Of a DNA stretch of 64,000 bases, positions 1-9,733 are shown one piece after another. Under the pieces are notes generated by a model that saw only the letters and a program-made list of their open reading frames with translations, searched no databases and had not been told where the DNA came from. The number at the start of each line of letters is the position of its first letter. The stretch's first letter is position 1. The position numbers and the translations under genes are program-made. Source of the stretch: Trueperaceae bacterium (GTDB lineage Bacteria; Deinococcota; Deinococci; Deinococcales; Trueperaceae); assembly GCA_965213925.1 (NCBI GenBank), contig OZ243927.1:4480001-4544000 (forward strand), given 5' to 3'.

Positions 1-62
1 CGACGTGAAGCGTTACTTTGTGGCTTACTAAAATTCGAACCGCTCACACAGCGCCACACGCG

Positions 63-611
63 CTACTCGAGCGCCTCAGGCACCCGGCGAATCTCCGGGT
101 CTGTGAACACGTCTGTCTCGTCACGGCTCTTGGTGCTGAATTCACTCACCACCGCGCCCTCAGGTCCGCCCTGAAACCAGTGCCAGGTATCTGGCATGAT
201 CGTGTGCTGCTCGCCCGGTTTTAAGATGACCTCGTGCCAAACGGTATAGGTAGATTCACGTCCTGATGGGGGCGTGGCTTTCGCTTGGCTCGGATCGATT
301 CCTTCGCCCTCGACGTACAGGTAAACCTCTCCGGCGCGGCAGCGGAAGGTCTCCTCTTTGCCGGGCTTACCCGCGACAGGCGGATGCTTGTGCTCCGGGC
401 AGGTCTGACCGGGTTGCAAGACGAGTTCCTTGGCGCAGACGCGCTCCGTGTTGATGTAGGTGACGAGCGCCAAGCCGGTTTGCCTAAATTCGCCTAGCCC
501 TAAGTCGGTAATTTCAACGTTCGCCTCTTCTTCGGGCGTTAGGACGATGCCCGCGTCGTTCAGGTAGCGCACCGCTACTTTTCTAGCCTCTTTAATCTCT
601 TCGTTTGTCAC
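63..611 (-). CDS. D-lyxose/D-mannose ketol-isomerase (cupin)
   Basis: Motifs CAKEL..PGQTCPEHKHP, KEETFRCRAG, WHWFQ and SEFSTKSRDETDVFTDP. GTG at 611 follows a GAGGAGG RBS (the ORF track starts at 638). Confidence 0.88.
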   Translation of the reverse strand: MTNEEIKEARKVAVRYLNDAGIVLTPEEEANVEITDLGLGEFRQTGLALVTYINTERVCAKELVLQPGQTCPEHKHPPVAGKPGKEETFRCRAGEVYLYVEGEGIDPSQAKATPPSGRESTYTVWHEVILKPGEQHTIMPDTWHWFQGGPEGAVVSEFSTKSRDETDVFTDPEIRRVPEALE

Positions 612-634
612 GTCTACCTCCTCGCTCCTTCTAC

Positions 635-1753
635 TCAAGCACGTCTATCGTGTGGACCCAAAAAGACGTTCTCTGCACTCTGCCACGCTTCTACCTCTTT
701 AACATCATGACGTGCCCAACCTGCCCGAATGCGCTCCTGGGTTGCCTCCCAACCTCTCACGCCGCTGCTCGCCCCTAGCGCCTCGACGGAGCACGCGCCG
801 ACCGCTGCTGCCGTCGTCACGGCTTCCTCGGGTGACTGCCCACGCAGTATCGCCGCGATAAGCCCCGCCGCCGCCGCATCGCCCGCGCCCGTCGTGCCGC
901 GCACGTTGGCTTCGAAGGTCGGTGCGTACAGCTCGCGGCTGCGCCATTCTCCGCTAAAGGGGGGCTGCGCCAACCTCTTCGCATCACTCGAGCGCAGATA
1001 AAGTCCATTCTCGCCGAGGGTCAGGGCGACGACCTTTGCGCCTAACGCAAGCAACCTCTCCGCCAGTGACGCCCACGCTTCATACCCGCCATCTATTGAC
1101 AACTCGAGCATCACGCCGACCTCTTCTACACTCGGCGTGATGACGTCAACGTGGGACAGAACTCGAGCTAAAAAACCTTGCCAATCCACACGCCCCGACG
1201 CGCCATTCGGGTCGGGCATCGCCAGGTCGAGTACAGTTAGGATGCCCGCATCTTGGACTTTTGCGAAGAGGTCGGCTAACCCCTCGCCGCCATCTTCATA
1301 GATACTAGCCATCAACGGCGGATAGCCGAAGTAGAAAGCGCGTGCATTCGCCTGAACGTCAATATCACCTGCTCTAAGCGCGTCGTTGCAGCCCCCGTAG
1401 TGCAAAAAGAGCCTGTCGGTATCGGGTGGGTTGATGACGATGGTATAGGAGGTGTCCACTGAGCTAGATACCAGACTCAGTTTCGCGTTAGGTGCACGTT
1501 CGTTTAGCTGTTCGCGCAATACCGAGCCCAGGTAATCCTCCCCTATCTGACCGATTAAATTCGCCCGCATCCCCAGTGCATCAAGCGACAACCCTACATT
1601 CGCCACCGCTCCCCCCGGCGTGAAGGTCAGGTCGCCGACTTCGGAGAGGCTCCCCGGTTTTAGCTCGAGCGCCCCGCGTATATCTGGGATGAGGTCGAGG
1701 CAGAGGTGCCCGGCGACGACTACATCCACCTCTTCAGCCATTGCTGCGTCCAT
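635..1753 (-). CDS. PfkB-family carbohydrate kinase
   Basis: GGAVAN near the N-terminus and the GTTGAGDA ribokinase-family signature. The start may be at 1741. Confidence 0.88.
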   Translation of the reverse strand: MDAAMAEEVDVVVAGHLCLDLIPDIRGALELKPGSLSEVGDLTFTPGGAVANVGLSLDALGMRANLIGQIGEDYLGSVLREQLNERAPNAKLSLVSSSVDTSYTIVINPPDTDRLFLHYGGCNDALRAGDIDVQANARAFYFGYPPLMASIYEDGGEGLADLFAKVQDAGILTVLDLAMPDPNGASGRVDWQGFLARVLSHVDVITPSVEEVGVMLELSIDGGYEAWASLAERLLALGAKVVALTLGENGLYLRSSDAKRLAQPPFSGEWRSRELYAPTFEANVRGTTGAGDAAAAGLIAAILRGQSPEEAVTTAAAVGACSVEALGASSGVRGWEATQERIRAGWARHDVKEVEAWQSAENVFLGPHDRRA

Positions 1754-2876
1754 GCGCTTCTAGCGCTCCTGTAAAAATACGGTGGCTCTGCGCCGCTTCC
1801 TCCGGTGTGACGCAGTGAAGCGGACCTTTCATTCCCTCACGCCCGTGCGCGACCTCGTCACAAAAGGCGGCGAACATCTGCAACAGGGCGTCCGAAAAGC
1901 CGAACTCGAAGATGCCGCCCGTAATCGCGGGGTAGGCGCTCTCGTAGCCCAAGTCGAGGTGCTGCCAGGCTTGGGCGCTGCTGCGAGATTCGGTGGGGTA
2001 CTCGAGCCGCCTCAGCGTCTTGGGAAATTTCGTGCTGAATTCCACTGAGCGCTCCGTCCCGTGCACCTTGATAAACCAGGTATTCATCTCGCCCGGCGCG
2101 ATGCGCTTGGTGTGCAGGGTCATGGGAAAGGTGTATCCGTCCCGCTCGACTTCGGTTAAAAGCGTCGCGTTGTCCCAGGTCTCGCAGGGGACGCGCTCCT
2201 CTGCGCCCGCTCGCTCAGGTCTCTCGGTGACGATGTTGGAAAGCTGCGCTCGCACCTTGCGCGGCGTCCAGCCCAGACGAAGCGGTAAGTGCACGACGTG
2301 CATCCCTAAGTCGCCCATGCAGCCGTACGCGCCGTTCGTGGCGATTTGCCGCTTCCAGTTGATAGGCTTGTCGGGGTTTAAGTCGGACGAATGCAAAAAG
2401 CCCGCCTCGACCTCGAGCACGCGCCCGACGCCCTCACGCGCTGTGCGGAAGACCTCTAACGCGCCGGGGAAGAAGGGGAACTCCGACGAGCAGGCGACGG
2501 TGAGGTCGGGGTGGTCACGGATGGTGCTCGAGATAGCCTCATTCGCCTCCTTGTCAATCCCGAACGGTTTCTCGCCCAAGAGGTGCTTACCCGCCCGGAT
2601 GATGTCCGTATAAAGCTGTTGATGGAGGTGGTGCGGCACGGCGCAGTAGATCGCGTCAACGTCGTCTCTCGCTAAGAGGTTGCGGTAGTCGTCCGTTGAA
2701 GTTTGGATAGTCGGGACGTGTTGCTCGAACCACGCCCTTGCTTGTGGGTTCGTATCGCAGATGCCCGTAATCACAGGCGTCACACCCATGTCCTCCAGGT
2801 GAAACCACCGCGCCGCCGCCGACGCGAACTCGCGCCCCATCAGCCCCAAACCGATGATGCCGAAACGTAAGTTCAC
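1734..2876 (-). CDS. Gfo/Idh/MocA-family oxidoreductase
   Basis: GIIGLGLMG Rossmann motif, GKHLLGEKP and GCMGDLGMH. Confidence 0.9.
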   Translation of the reverse strand: MNLRFGIIGLGLMGREFASAAARWFHLEDMGVTPVITGICDTNPQARAWFEQHVPTIQTSTDDYRNLLARDDVDAIYCAVPHHLHQQLYTDIIRAGKHLLGEKPFGIDKEANEAISSTIRDHPDLTVACSSEFPFFPGALEVFRTAREGVGRVLEVEAGFLHSSDLNPDKPINWKRQIATNGAYGCMGDLGMHVVHLPLRLGWTPRKVRAQLSNIVTERPERAGAEERVPCETWDNATLLTEVERDGYTFPMTLHTKRIAPGEMNTWFIKVHGTERSVEFSTKFPKTLRRLEYPTESRSSAQAWQHLDLGYESAYPAITGGIFEFGFSDALLQMFAAFCDEVAHGREGMKGPLHCVTPEEAAQSHRIFTGALEAHGRSNG

Positions 2877-3703
2877 GCCGCACCTGTTAAGAGGTCGTGC
2901 GCCTCGTCTGGTGTCGCGCCTTCATGCACAATCTTCATGAGCGCCGCCGTCATCGCGTTGGGGTCGTCGTGCTGGATGATGTTGCGTCCGTAAACGATAC
3001 CTTTCGCACCTTGCTCCAACACCTTATAGGTACGCTCTAACACCTCTTTATCACTCACTCGTCCACCGCCGCGCACCAAAACGGGCACGCGCCCCGCTAC
3101 TTCGATGACCTCGTGGTAGTCCTCTAACTTGTCCGTCGGGTCGGCTTTGATGAGGTCCGCGCCCAGTTCGACGGCTTGGCGCACGAGCGGTTTGATCTTC
3201 GTCTTGTCACCGTTGACGCTGTAGCCCGCGTCGCCTTTGCGCATGACTAAAGGCTCGACCATAACGGGCATTCCATGACGCTCCGCGTCTGCTTTGAGCC
3301 TCAAGATATTGCGGACGCACTGTTCATGGACTTCGGGGGCGTGCTCGAGTTGAAACAAATTCACGCATAAACACGCTGCGTCGAGACTCACCGCGCGTTC
3401 GGCGCAGCGTTCTAAAACAGCGCTGAATAACCTCTCCGGTAAAGAGGTTCCGTAGACGTTGGCGATATCGGTACGCAAGACCAGCGCAGGTTTCTGTTTC
3501 CCCGGTATGCGTTGCAAGAGCGGCGCTTGCCCGACGGAGAGCTGCACGGCGTCGGGATTCGCTCGGACGACGCGGCTGACGGCGGTCTCCATATCCTCGA
3601 TGCCTTGCAAAAAACGGTCCTCGCCGAAAAAGCCGTGGTCAATCGCGACATCCAAACAGCGCCCGTCTTCGGCGAGTAAGCGGTTGAGTCTAGCTTCGAC
3701 CAT
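2873..3703 (-). CDS. Class I aldolase, DhnA/LsrF/FbaB type
   Basis: VAIDHG, ELGADLIKAD (Schiff-base Lys), VLVRGGG and GIVYGRNI. Confidence 0.88.
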   Translation of the reverse strand: MVEARLNRLLAEDGRCLDVAIDHGFFGEDRFLQGIEDMETAVSRVVRANPDAVQLSVGQAPLLQRIPGKQKPALVLRTDIANVYGTSLPERLFSAVLERCAERAVSLDAACLCVNLFQLEHAPEVHEQCVRNILRLKADAERHGMPVMVEPLVMRKGDAGYSVNGDKTKIKPLVRQAVELGADLIKADPTDKLEDYHEVIEVAGRVPVLVRGGGRVSDKEVLERTYKVLEQGAKGIVYGRNIIQHDDPNAMTAALMKIVHEGATPDEAHDLLTGAA

Positions 3704-3742
3704 ACGTGAGTTCCTCCTCGATACAGCAATGGGTGAAAAGCA

Positions 3743-3832
3743 GAAGGACTGAGGACTGAGAGAAAAGTAAAAACTCAGTCCTCAGCTTCGCTGGAGGCAA
3801 GCCGATCAGTCCTTCTCTCTCAGTCCTTGCTC
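3743..3832. repeat. GGACTGA/TCAGTCC heptamer-based palindromic repeat, copy 1
   Basis: aaggactgaggactgag...ctcagtcctcag...tcagtccttctctctcagtcctt. A 30-bp stretch matches the copy at ~21461 in reverse complement with one mismatch. Confidence 0.8.
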
Positions 3833-4837
3833 ATCGCTTTCAACTTTCCTGTAAACCTCTCCCCACGGCGTCGCGTGCTGCTCCAGCACCGCGTTGAGCG
3901 TTTGGATATTCGGAACGCCTTCGTCCTCCAACCACTTTTCCAGCGCCGACAATCCCTGGCTTGCGTATACCGCGATGCCCCCCTTCCACGTCGCCCGTCC
4001 GCAGAGTACGCCGCTGTAGCCCGTGCCGACCTCGCCCGCGACCTCTAAGAGTTCGGCGTAAATCGCCATGTCCACCCCCGCCGAGAGGTAGATAAAAGGC
4101 TTTTCTGCCGCCTCCGCTGCTTGGACGAGATAGTCTTTAACCTCTTCCATGTCGTAGGCGGTCTGCTCACCGTCCGTGAGACCTCTTGTGTACGCTGCCT
4201 CGGTAGGAAACTCGACCTTGAGCACGTCCACGCGGTAGCGGTCTTTGGAGAACTCCCGCACCGTTTCCGTCACGCGCTCCGGCTTGCCTTTGGCGACGGC
4301 GAACTCATCATCTTCGGAATCGTCGTAGGTCATGGGCTCGAGAAAGAACGGCAACCCCTCCGCCTCGCACTCCGCGCCGACCCGCTCCACAAAAGCGTGC
4401 TTGACCTCTTTGAGTTCGTCTCTTTCTGCCGGGTTGTAGTAGACGAGGAGCTTGACCGCCGTCGCGCCCGCTTCCGCTAACCTCTTGACGCTCCAGCCCT
4501 CTTGCAAATCGGGGAAGCGTCCGGGGCGCTCGTTGTCGTAGCCGCTCTCTTCGTAGGCTAAGAGGAGACCCGTGTTCTCAGCGAGCTGCTCAGCGGCGTC
4601 TAAGCCGTAGCGGGGCTCGAGCAAAAGCGCCGAAGCGTGCGGGCTAAGCGCCGTCGCCACCGCTGTTTTGAACTCGCGGAGCTGCGCGTCGCTGGCGTCT
4701 AAGCCCACTTTCGCCAATGCCCGCTTGAGCGAGCCGCGCTGGTCGAGCGCGGCGGCTGCGATGATGCCGCCGGGGGTCGAGCACGTCTGAAGTCGTTCGA
4801 ATTTCTCTTTAGATAAGGTCTGCTTGGTCATAGTCAC
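3806..4837 (-). CDS. lacD: Tagatose-1,6-bisphosphate aldolase (LacD-type class I)
   Basis: ALDQRGSL, LLLAYEESGYD, FFLEP, DVLKVEFP, PFIYLSAGV and GVLCGRATW. Confidence 0.9.
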   Translation of the reverse strand: MTMTKQTLSKEKFERLQTCSTPGGIIAAAALDQRGSLKRALAKVGLDASDAQLREFKTAVATALSPHASALLLEPRYGLDAAEQLAENTGLLLAYEESGYDNERPGRFPDLQEGWSVKRLAEAGATAVKLLVYYNPAERDELKEVKHAFVERVGAECEAEGLPFFLEPMTYDDSEDDEFAVAKGKPERVTETVREFSKDRYRVDVLKVEFPTEAAYTRGLTDGEQTAYDMEEVKDYLVQAAEAAEKPFIYLSAGVDMAIYAELLEVAGEVGTGYSGVLCGRATWKGGIAVYASQGLSALEKWLEDEGVPNIQTLNAVLEQHATPWGEVYRKVESDEQGLREKD

Positions 4838-4856
4838 GTCCCTATAGATTGAGGTT

Positions 4857-5771
4857 TCACGAGTCTAAGTCTCTAGGCGATAAGGGCGCTTCCATCGGAC
4901 CCTGCACCGCCACCGAATATGCGCCGATACGGTTGGCTTTGAGTACGCTATCCGCCAAAGGAAATCCCTGCGTGAGCGACACGAGGAGCGCCGCCGCGAA
5001 GCAGTCGCCCGCCCCCGTCGGGTCAACCTCATGGATGCGGATACTGGGAACGTCGCGCTTTTCAGAGGGCGTGAAGAGCGTGCTGCCTGCCGCGCCGCGT
5101 TTGAGAACGACGTAGCGCGAGGGCGTCACGAGCGAGCGACACGCCTCAATTCGGTTGGGGTTCTTCGTCAAGAAAGACGCCTCTGCGCCACTCGGTAAAA
5201 CGAGGTCGGCATGTTCTAAAGGATACGCGCAAAGCTCGCGGAGCGTATCGGCGTCGCCTAGCTCGGGTCTCAAGTTGGGGTCGAAGCTGATTCGTCCGCC
5301 TCGAGCTTTAACCTCTTCGATTGCCTTATAACACGCCTCTCGCATGGACTTGGAGACGGCGAGGCTCGAGCCCGTCACGTGCAGCCAGGTCACGCCCTCA
5401 AAGAGGTCGCTCGAGAGGTCATCCGGCGTGAGAGAAGCCGCTGCCGATTCCGCCACGTGAAAAACGAACTCGCGTTCACCACCTGGCTTATAGCGCACAA
5501 AGGCGATGCCTGTGGTTCGTCCTGAAACTCGTTTAACCGCCCGAACGTCCACGCCAGCTTCACGCAGATGCCGCGTGCAAAGCTCGCCAAACGGGTCATC
5601 GCCGACGGCACCCAGAAAGCGCACCTCCGCGCCTAGCGCCGCCACCGCCCACGCGAAGATAGCGGGTGCGCCGCTGGCGTAAGGACCGCGAAAGATGCCC
5701 GGCGTGGCGAGGTCCACCTCGAGCCCTTCGCGCATCACTTCGACCAAAATCTCACCTAAGGAGAGAATCAC
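4857..5771 (-). CDS. PfkB-family sugar kinase (tagatose-kinase-like)
   Basis: GEILVEVMR..GPYASGAPAIFA, SFDPNLRPEL and DPTGAGDCF; adjacent to lacD. Confidence 0.82.
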   Translation of the reverse strand: MILSLGEILVEVMREGLEVDLATPGIFRGPYASGAPAIFAWAVAALGAEVRFLGAVGDDPFGELCTRHLREAGVDVRAVKRVSGRTTGIAFVRYKPGGEREFVFHVAESAAASLTPDDLSSDLFEGVTWLHVTGSSLAVSKSMREACYKAIEEVKARGGRISFDPNLRPELGDADTLRELCAYPLEHADLVLPSGAEASFLTKNPNRIEACRSLVTPSRYVVLKRGAAGSTLFTPSEKRDVPSIRIHEVDPTGAGDCFAAALLVSLTQGFPLADSVLKANRIGAYSVAVQGPMEAPLSPRDLDS

Positions 5772-6664
5772 GCGCTCATCTCCAACAGGGTCTGTGCGCC
5801 ATAAAGCGCCGCTTCGGAACCCAAGCTCGCCCAGGTAAAGTGAACGCTCGTCGCCGGGATTGGTCGGCGCAGGTGGGCGTAAAAAATCTCTACAAATTTC
5901 TCTTTGGGAAAACCGTTCATTTCAGGGATGCCGCCGCCGACTAGGGCGAGCTGCGGGTGAAAGAGGTTGACGCCCGTCGCGAGCGCAAAGGCGAGGTCGC
6001 GGACGAACTTGTCTAAAAGGGTGGCGACCTTTGAGTTCTCGTAGCCGTTTATAAAGAGGTCGGTAAGCTCGAGCCCGTACTGACTGGCAATTTCACGGAG
6101 CGTGTGACCACACGCATACGCCTCCAGACAGTCCAGGTTGCCGCACACACAGCGCCGCCCCTCACCGCGAATGGGGATGTGCCCGAGTTCAACCGCCGCG
6201 CCCGTCGCGCCGCGATAGGGCTCGCCGTTTATAAGCATACACGCGCCGACGCCCGTGCCGACGAACATGCCGAAGACGTCCGCGTAACCTCTCGCCGCGC
6301 CCGCCCTAGCTTCGCCGAGCAGGAGCAGATTGATGTCGCGCTCGAGCCGCACCTCACACCCCAACGCTTCGCCTAACCTCTTGGTCAGAGGGACGCCCTC
6401 GAGGTTCGGGATGTTGGGACTCGAGAGCGCCATTTTTAGGTCTTTGTCTGGTGTGAAGGGTACGCCGATGATGACAGTCGTGGGTTCCAAGTTTCGCTCT
6501 TTCGTGTAACAGCGGATGAGGTCAGCCAACACGCCGACGGGTTCGCCCTCTCTCACGCTCTCCGTCTCGTAAACCTCTTGTCGTCTATCAGCGTCGCCTA
6601 TATGACCGATACGCAGATGCGTGCCACCCATGTCCACGACGATGGTTGAGGCTGGACTAGGCAT
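5768..6664 (-). CDS. ROK-family sugar kinase (allose-kinase-like, no HTH domain)
   Basis: VDMGGTHLR, ERDINLLL, GTGVG and the ELGH..CVCGNLDCLE zinc motif. Confidence 0.85.
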   Translation of the reverse strand: MPSPASTIVVDMGGTHLRIGHIGDADRRQEVYETESVREGEPVGVLADLIRCYTKERNLEPTTVIIGVPFTPDKDLKMALSSPNIPNLEGVPLTKRLGEALGCEVRLERDINLLLLGEARAGAARGYADVFGMFVGTGVGACMLINGEPYRGATGAAVELGHIPIRGEGRRCVCGNLDCLEAYACGHTLREIASQYGLELTDLFINGYENSKVATLLDKFVRDLAFALATGVNLFHPQLALVGGGIPEMNGFPKEKFVEIFYAHLRRPIPATSVHFTWASLGSEAALYGAQTLLEMSA

Positions 6665-7601
6665 GGCTGAGGTGAGGGGGTTCGGTTAAGGCTTTCGTCT
6701 GCGGACGGTCTGGAAAAGGGAGCACGCGCACCGCGCCGCCTTGCATCACGACTCTGCCGCTCTGCTTCTGTGCGAGCGTTTCTATCGCCGCGAGCGCAAA
6801 GCGAACGGCTAGAAACCTATCCCTCGCGCTCGGACGCCCGCCGCGCTGCGCGTGTCCAACGCGGGAGAAGCGGCTGCGCGTTCCTAAAGCTGCGGACGCC
6901 CGCTTTACGATCCTTTCCAAATCGGGATAGCCTTCGGAGCCGACGAGGAGCGCGTAGCGCTGACGCGAGATGACCTCTCGCAAGGTCTCAATGACCTCTT
7001 GCTCATCTTGCGGACGCTCGGGCACGAGCAGCACGTCCGCCGCGCCGACTTCGGCTAAGGCTTGAGCGAGGAAGCCCGTGTCGCCGCCTAAGGTCTCGAG
7101 CGCAAAAAACCTCGGCATCGCCTCGGCGGTGTCGCGCATCCCGTCGAGGAGGGCTAAGCCTGTGTTTAAGGCGGTATCAAAGCCGATGCTTTCGTCTGAG
7201 TCTGCCACATCGTTGTCTATCGTCGCGGGGAGGCTCACGACGCTTACCTCTTCTTGCAGAGTCGCCGCTGCCAGCGCGGAGCCGTTGCCGCCTAAGATGG
7301 CGAGGTGGTTGAGGTTCAAGTCTCGTAGTGCCTGCTGGATGTCATCTACGTGGTCGGGGAAGTTGGGGAGCCTCGAGGTTCCTAAAAACGTCCCGCCGTG
7401 CCGCGCCGTTCGTAACGTATCGGTAGGCGTCAAAGAGACGACCTCTTGTGCTTTCAACCCGGCAAACCCCTCACGAATCCCGAGCACCTTCCAACCGCGT
7501 AAGCTCGCATGATGCGTCAGCGCCCACACCGCCATATTCATCCCCGGCGCGTCGCCGCCCGAGGTAAGGACGCCTAATGTCGTTCTACCTGCTATGCTCA
7601 C
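6657..7601 (-). CDS. PfkA-family phosphofructokinase-like protein (divergent)
   Basis: TSGGDAPGMN, GGTFLGTSR, PATIDND and GHAQRGG are present. The MGR motif is replaced by LGG. Confidence 0.85.
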   Translation of the reverse strand: MSIAGRTTLGVLTSGGDAPGMNMAVWALTHHASLRGWKVLGIREGFAGLKAQEVVSLTPTDTLRTARHGGTFLGTSRLPNFPDHVDDIQQALRDLNLNHLAILGGNGSALAAATLQEEVSVVSLPATIDNDVADSDESIGFDTALNTGLALLDGMRDTAEAMPRFFALETLGGDTGFLAQALAEVGAADVLLVPERPQDEQEVIETLREVISRQRYALLVGSEGYPDLERIVKRASAALGTRSRFSRVGHAQRGGRPSARDRFLAVRFALAAIETLAQKQSGRVVMQGGAVRVLPFPDRPQTKALTEPPHLSHA

Positions 7602-8401
7602 GCTGAATCCTGAGAGGTTTCTTTCATCTCTTCCTGAGCATCCTCCAAGCTCTCGCCGCCCATCATCAGTTTGACGACCTCATCGTCGTCCGTCTCACTC
7701 GCTTTGCGTTCGCCCGCCTTTCTGCCCCGCTCCAAGACGCAGATGCGGTCACTCACAGCGAAGATGTCGCGCAAATTGTGCGAGATAAAGATGAGCGCGA
7801 CCTCTTGCTCTTTAAGCCGCTCGATGAGCTTCATCACCTGCCGCTGCTCCGGCACGCCGAGTGCGGCGGTCGGCTCGTCCATGATGAGGACTTTCGCCTG
7901 CCAATAGACCGCCCGCCCGATGGCGATGGCTTGACGCTGCCCACCCGAGAGGTCGCGAACGGGCAGCTTGGGATTCGGAATCTTGATGCCTAAGTTTTGC
8001 AGCGCCGTCTCCGCCTCTTCGTGCATCTTCTGATAGTTCAAAAAGGGCAAGCCCAAGCGCCTTTTGACGGGTTCGCGCCCTAAAAAGAGGTTCGTGCCGA
8101 CGTCCAAATTGTCCGCTAACGCGAGGTCTTGGTAAATCGTCTCGATGCCCAGCTCGCGCACCTCTTTGGGCGTCATGTCTCTAATCGAGTCGCCCTGATA
8201 GGTAATGTCGCCCTCGTCGGGTTGATGCACACCCGAAATCATCTTGATGACCGTAGACTTGCCCGCACCGTTGTCGCCCGCGAGCGCTAAGACCTCACCG
8301 GGGTAGAGGTCGAAGGAGACACTATTCACCGCCATTGTGCCGCCAAAGCGTTTGCTGATGCCTTTAACCTGTAACACGGGTTGAGCCGAGGTAGAGGTCA
8401 T
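7598..8401 (-). CDS. Sugar ABC transporter ATP-binding protein (single domain)
   Basis: GDNGAGKST, LSGGQRQ and MDEPTAALG. Confidence 0.92.
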   Translation of the reverse strand: MTSTSAQPVLQVKGISKRFGGTMAVNSVSFDLYPGEVLALAGDNGAGKSTVIKMISGVHQPDEGDITYQGDSIRDMTPKEVRELGIETIYQDLALADNLDVGTNLFLGREPVKRRLGLPFLNYQKMHEEAETALQNLGIKIPNPKLPVRDLSGGQRQAIAIGRAVYWQAKVLIMDEPTAALGVPEQRQVMKLIERLKEQEVALIFISHNLRDIFAVSDRICVLERGRKAGERKASETDDDEVVKLMMGGESLEDAQEEMKETSQDSA

Positions 8402-9477
8402 GAGGTCGCCTCTTTGGGGGAATCGGTAGAGGGTTCGGAGGGCTCGTCCGGTGGCGCTTCACTCGCTTGAAGTTGCTGCAAGCGGTCCCTGGACTGGTCG
8501 ATGAGCACGGCAACGATAATCACGCCGCCCACCGCGATGAACTGCCAGTACGGGGCGACGTTGATGAAAACGAGTCCGAACTGAATCACCGCGATAATGA
8601 GCGAGCCGATGACGGTCCCTTGCACCGTCCCCTGCCCACCCGTCAAGCTCGCCCCGCCGATAAAGACCGCCGCCACCGCGTAGAGCAGCACCGGCTCCCC
8701 CGCTTGCGCCGCGCCCGCCGAAAAGCGCCCGACGTAGAGGATGCCGCCGACGCCCGCCGTAAGCGCCGAAAGCATAAAGAGGATGACCGTGTGCCGCTTG
8801 ATGTTGACGCCCGCCCGGAGCGCCGCTTGCAAATTGCCGCCCATCGCGTAGGTGTAGAGCCCGAAGCGCGTGTGAGCGAGCAGGTAGTGAAACACGAGCA
8901 CCATGACCGCTGTGATGACGACGGGCATCGGCACGCCTAAAACGCGCCCGTTGCCCATAAAGACCGCCGCGTCGTTGCGAATAGCGACGGTTGCGCCGTC
9001 CGCGACGAGGAGCGCCATCCCCCTAGCGATGCCGTACATACCGAGCGTCCCGATAAACGAGGGCACATTAAGCTGCGCGACCATCCAGCCGTTGAACCAG
9101 CCCGGCACGAGTGAGGCGAGAAGTCCCGCCAGCACGCCCAAAAGCAGCGACGCCACATCCGGCATGAAAGGGTCTAGCCCACGAATGGTCAGCGCCATGA
9201 CCACCGCTGCCAACCCTGTGATAAAGCCGATGGAGAGGTCGATGCCCGCCGCGACGATGACCAAGGTCAACCCAAGCGCCAAGCAGAGCGTCTGCGTCGC
9301 CGCGATGCCGATGCTCTGGATATTGTTGACACGCCCCAAAAAGGTCGTGCCATAAGAGACCTGCGCCCACACCTCGAAGAAGATGAGGATAAGGATGAGG
9401 AAGAGCCACGACCAGGTGGCAGTGATGAAGCGGAGGAGGCGGAGGGTGGTGGAGGGTTGGGCTGGGCTCGAGTCCAA
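8398..9477 (-). CDS. Sugar ABC transporter permease (CUT2/RbsC type)
   Basis: GIDLSIG, GGNLQAALRAG and IGGASLTGGQG motifs; hydrophobic. Confidence 0.9.
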   Translation of the reverse strand: MDSSPAQPSTTLRLLRFITATWSWLFLILILIFFEVWAQVSYGTTFLGRVNNIQSIGIAATQTLCLALGLTLVIVAAGIDLSIGFITGLAAVVMALTIRGLDPFMPDVASLLLGVLAGLLASLVPGWFNGWMVAQLNVPSFIGTLGMYGIARGMALLVADGATVAIRNDAAVFMGNGRVLGVPMPVVITAVMVLVFHYLLAHTRFGLYTYAMGGNLQAALRAGVNIKRHTVILFMLSALTAGVGGILYVGRFSAGAAQAGEPVLLYAVAAVFIGGASLTGGQGTVQGTVIGSLIIAVIQFGLVFINVAPYWQFIAVGGVIIVAVLIDQSRDRLQQLQASEAPPDEPSEPSTDSPKEATS

Positions 9478-9583
9478 GAAAAGGGTCCTCTCAAGGGTTA
9501 TTTCGGATGAACTTTAAGTAGCGTTTCAGTCAGCTCGTCAGATTCTAAAATATCCCGAAAAGATAGTGAGCGCCTACCCAGTT

Positions 9584-9676
9584 TGTCATTCTGAACGAAG
9601 TGAAGAATCTCTGCATTCGCCTTCTCCTCTAGCTGAGAATGAAAGGCGAGACCCTTCACATGCGTTCAGGGTGACA
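9584..9676. repeat. REP-like palindromic element (TGTCATTCTG...CAGGGTGACA), copy 1
   Basis: Imperfect terminal inverted repeats. Shares gaagaatctctgcattcgccttctcct with the reverse complement of 22575-22720. Confidence 0.8.
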
Positions 9677-9733
9677 TGACGAAATGCTGACTAGCTGAAC
9701 GGCTTTATCCGTCAAAACTAACTCTGCTCATCG

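Noticed and set aside
1993..2613. Long antisense or alternate-frame ORFs (also 21928-22536, 30010-30741, 61530-62189 and many others)
   Set aside because: They shadow well-supported genes, which is expected in GC-rich DNA, and have no motifs.
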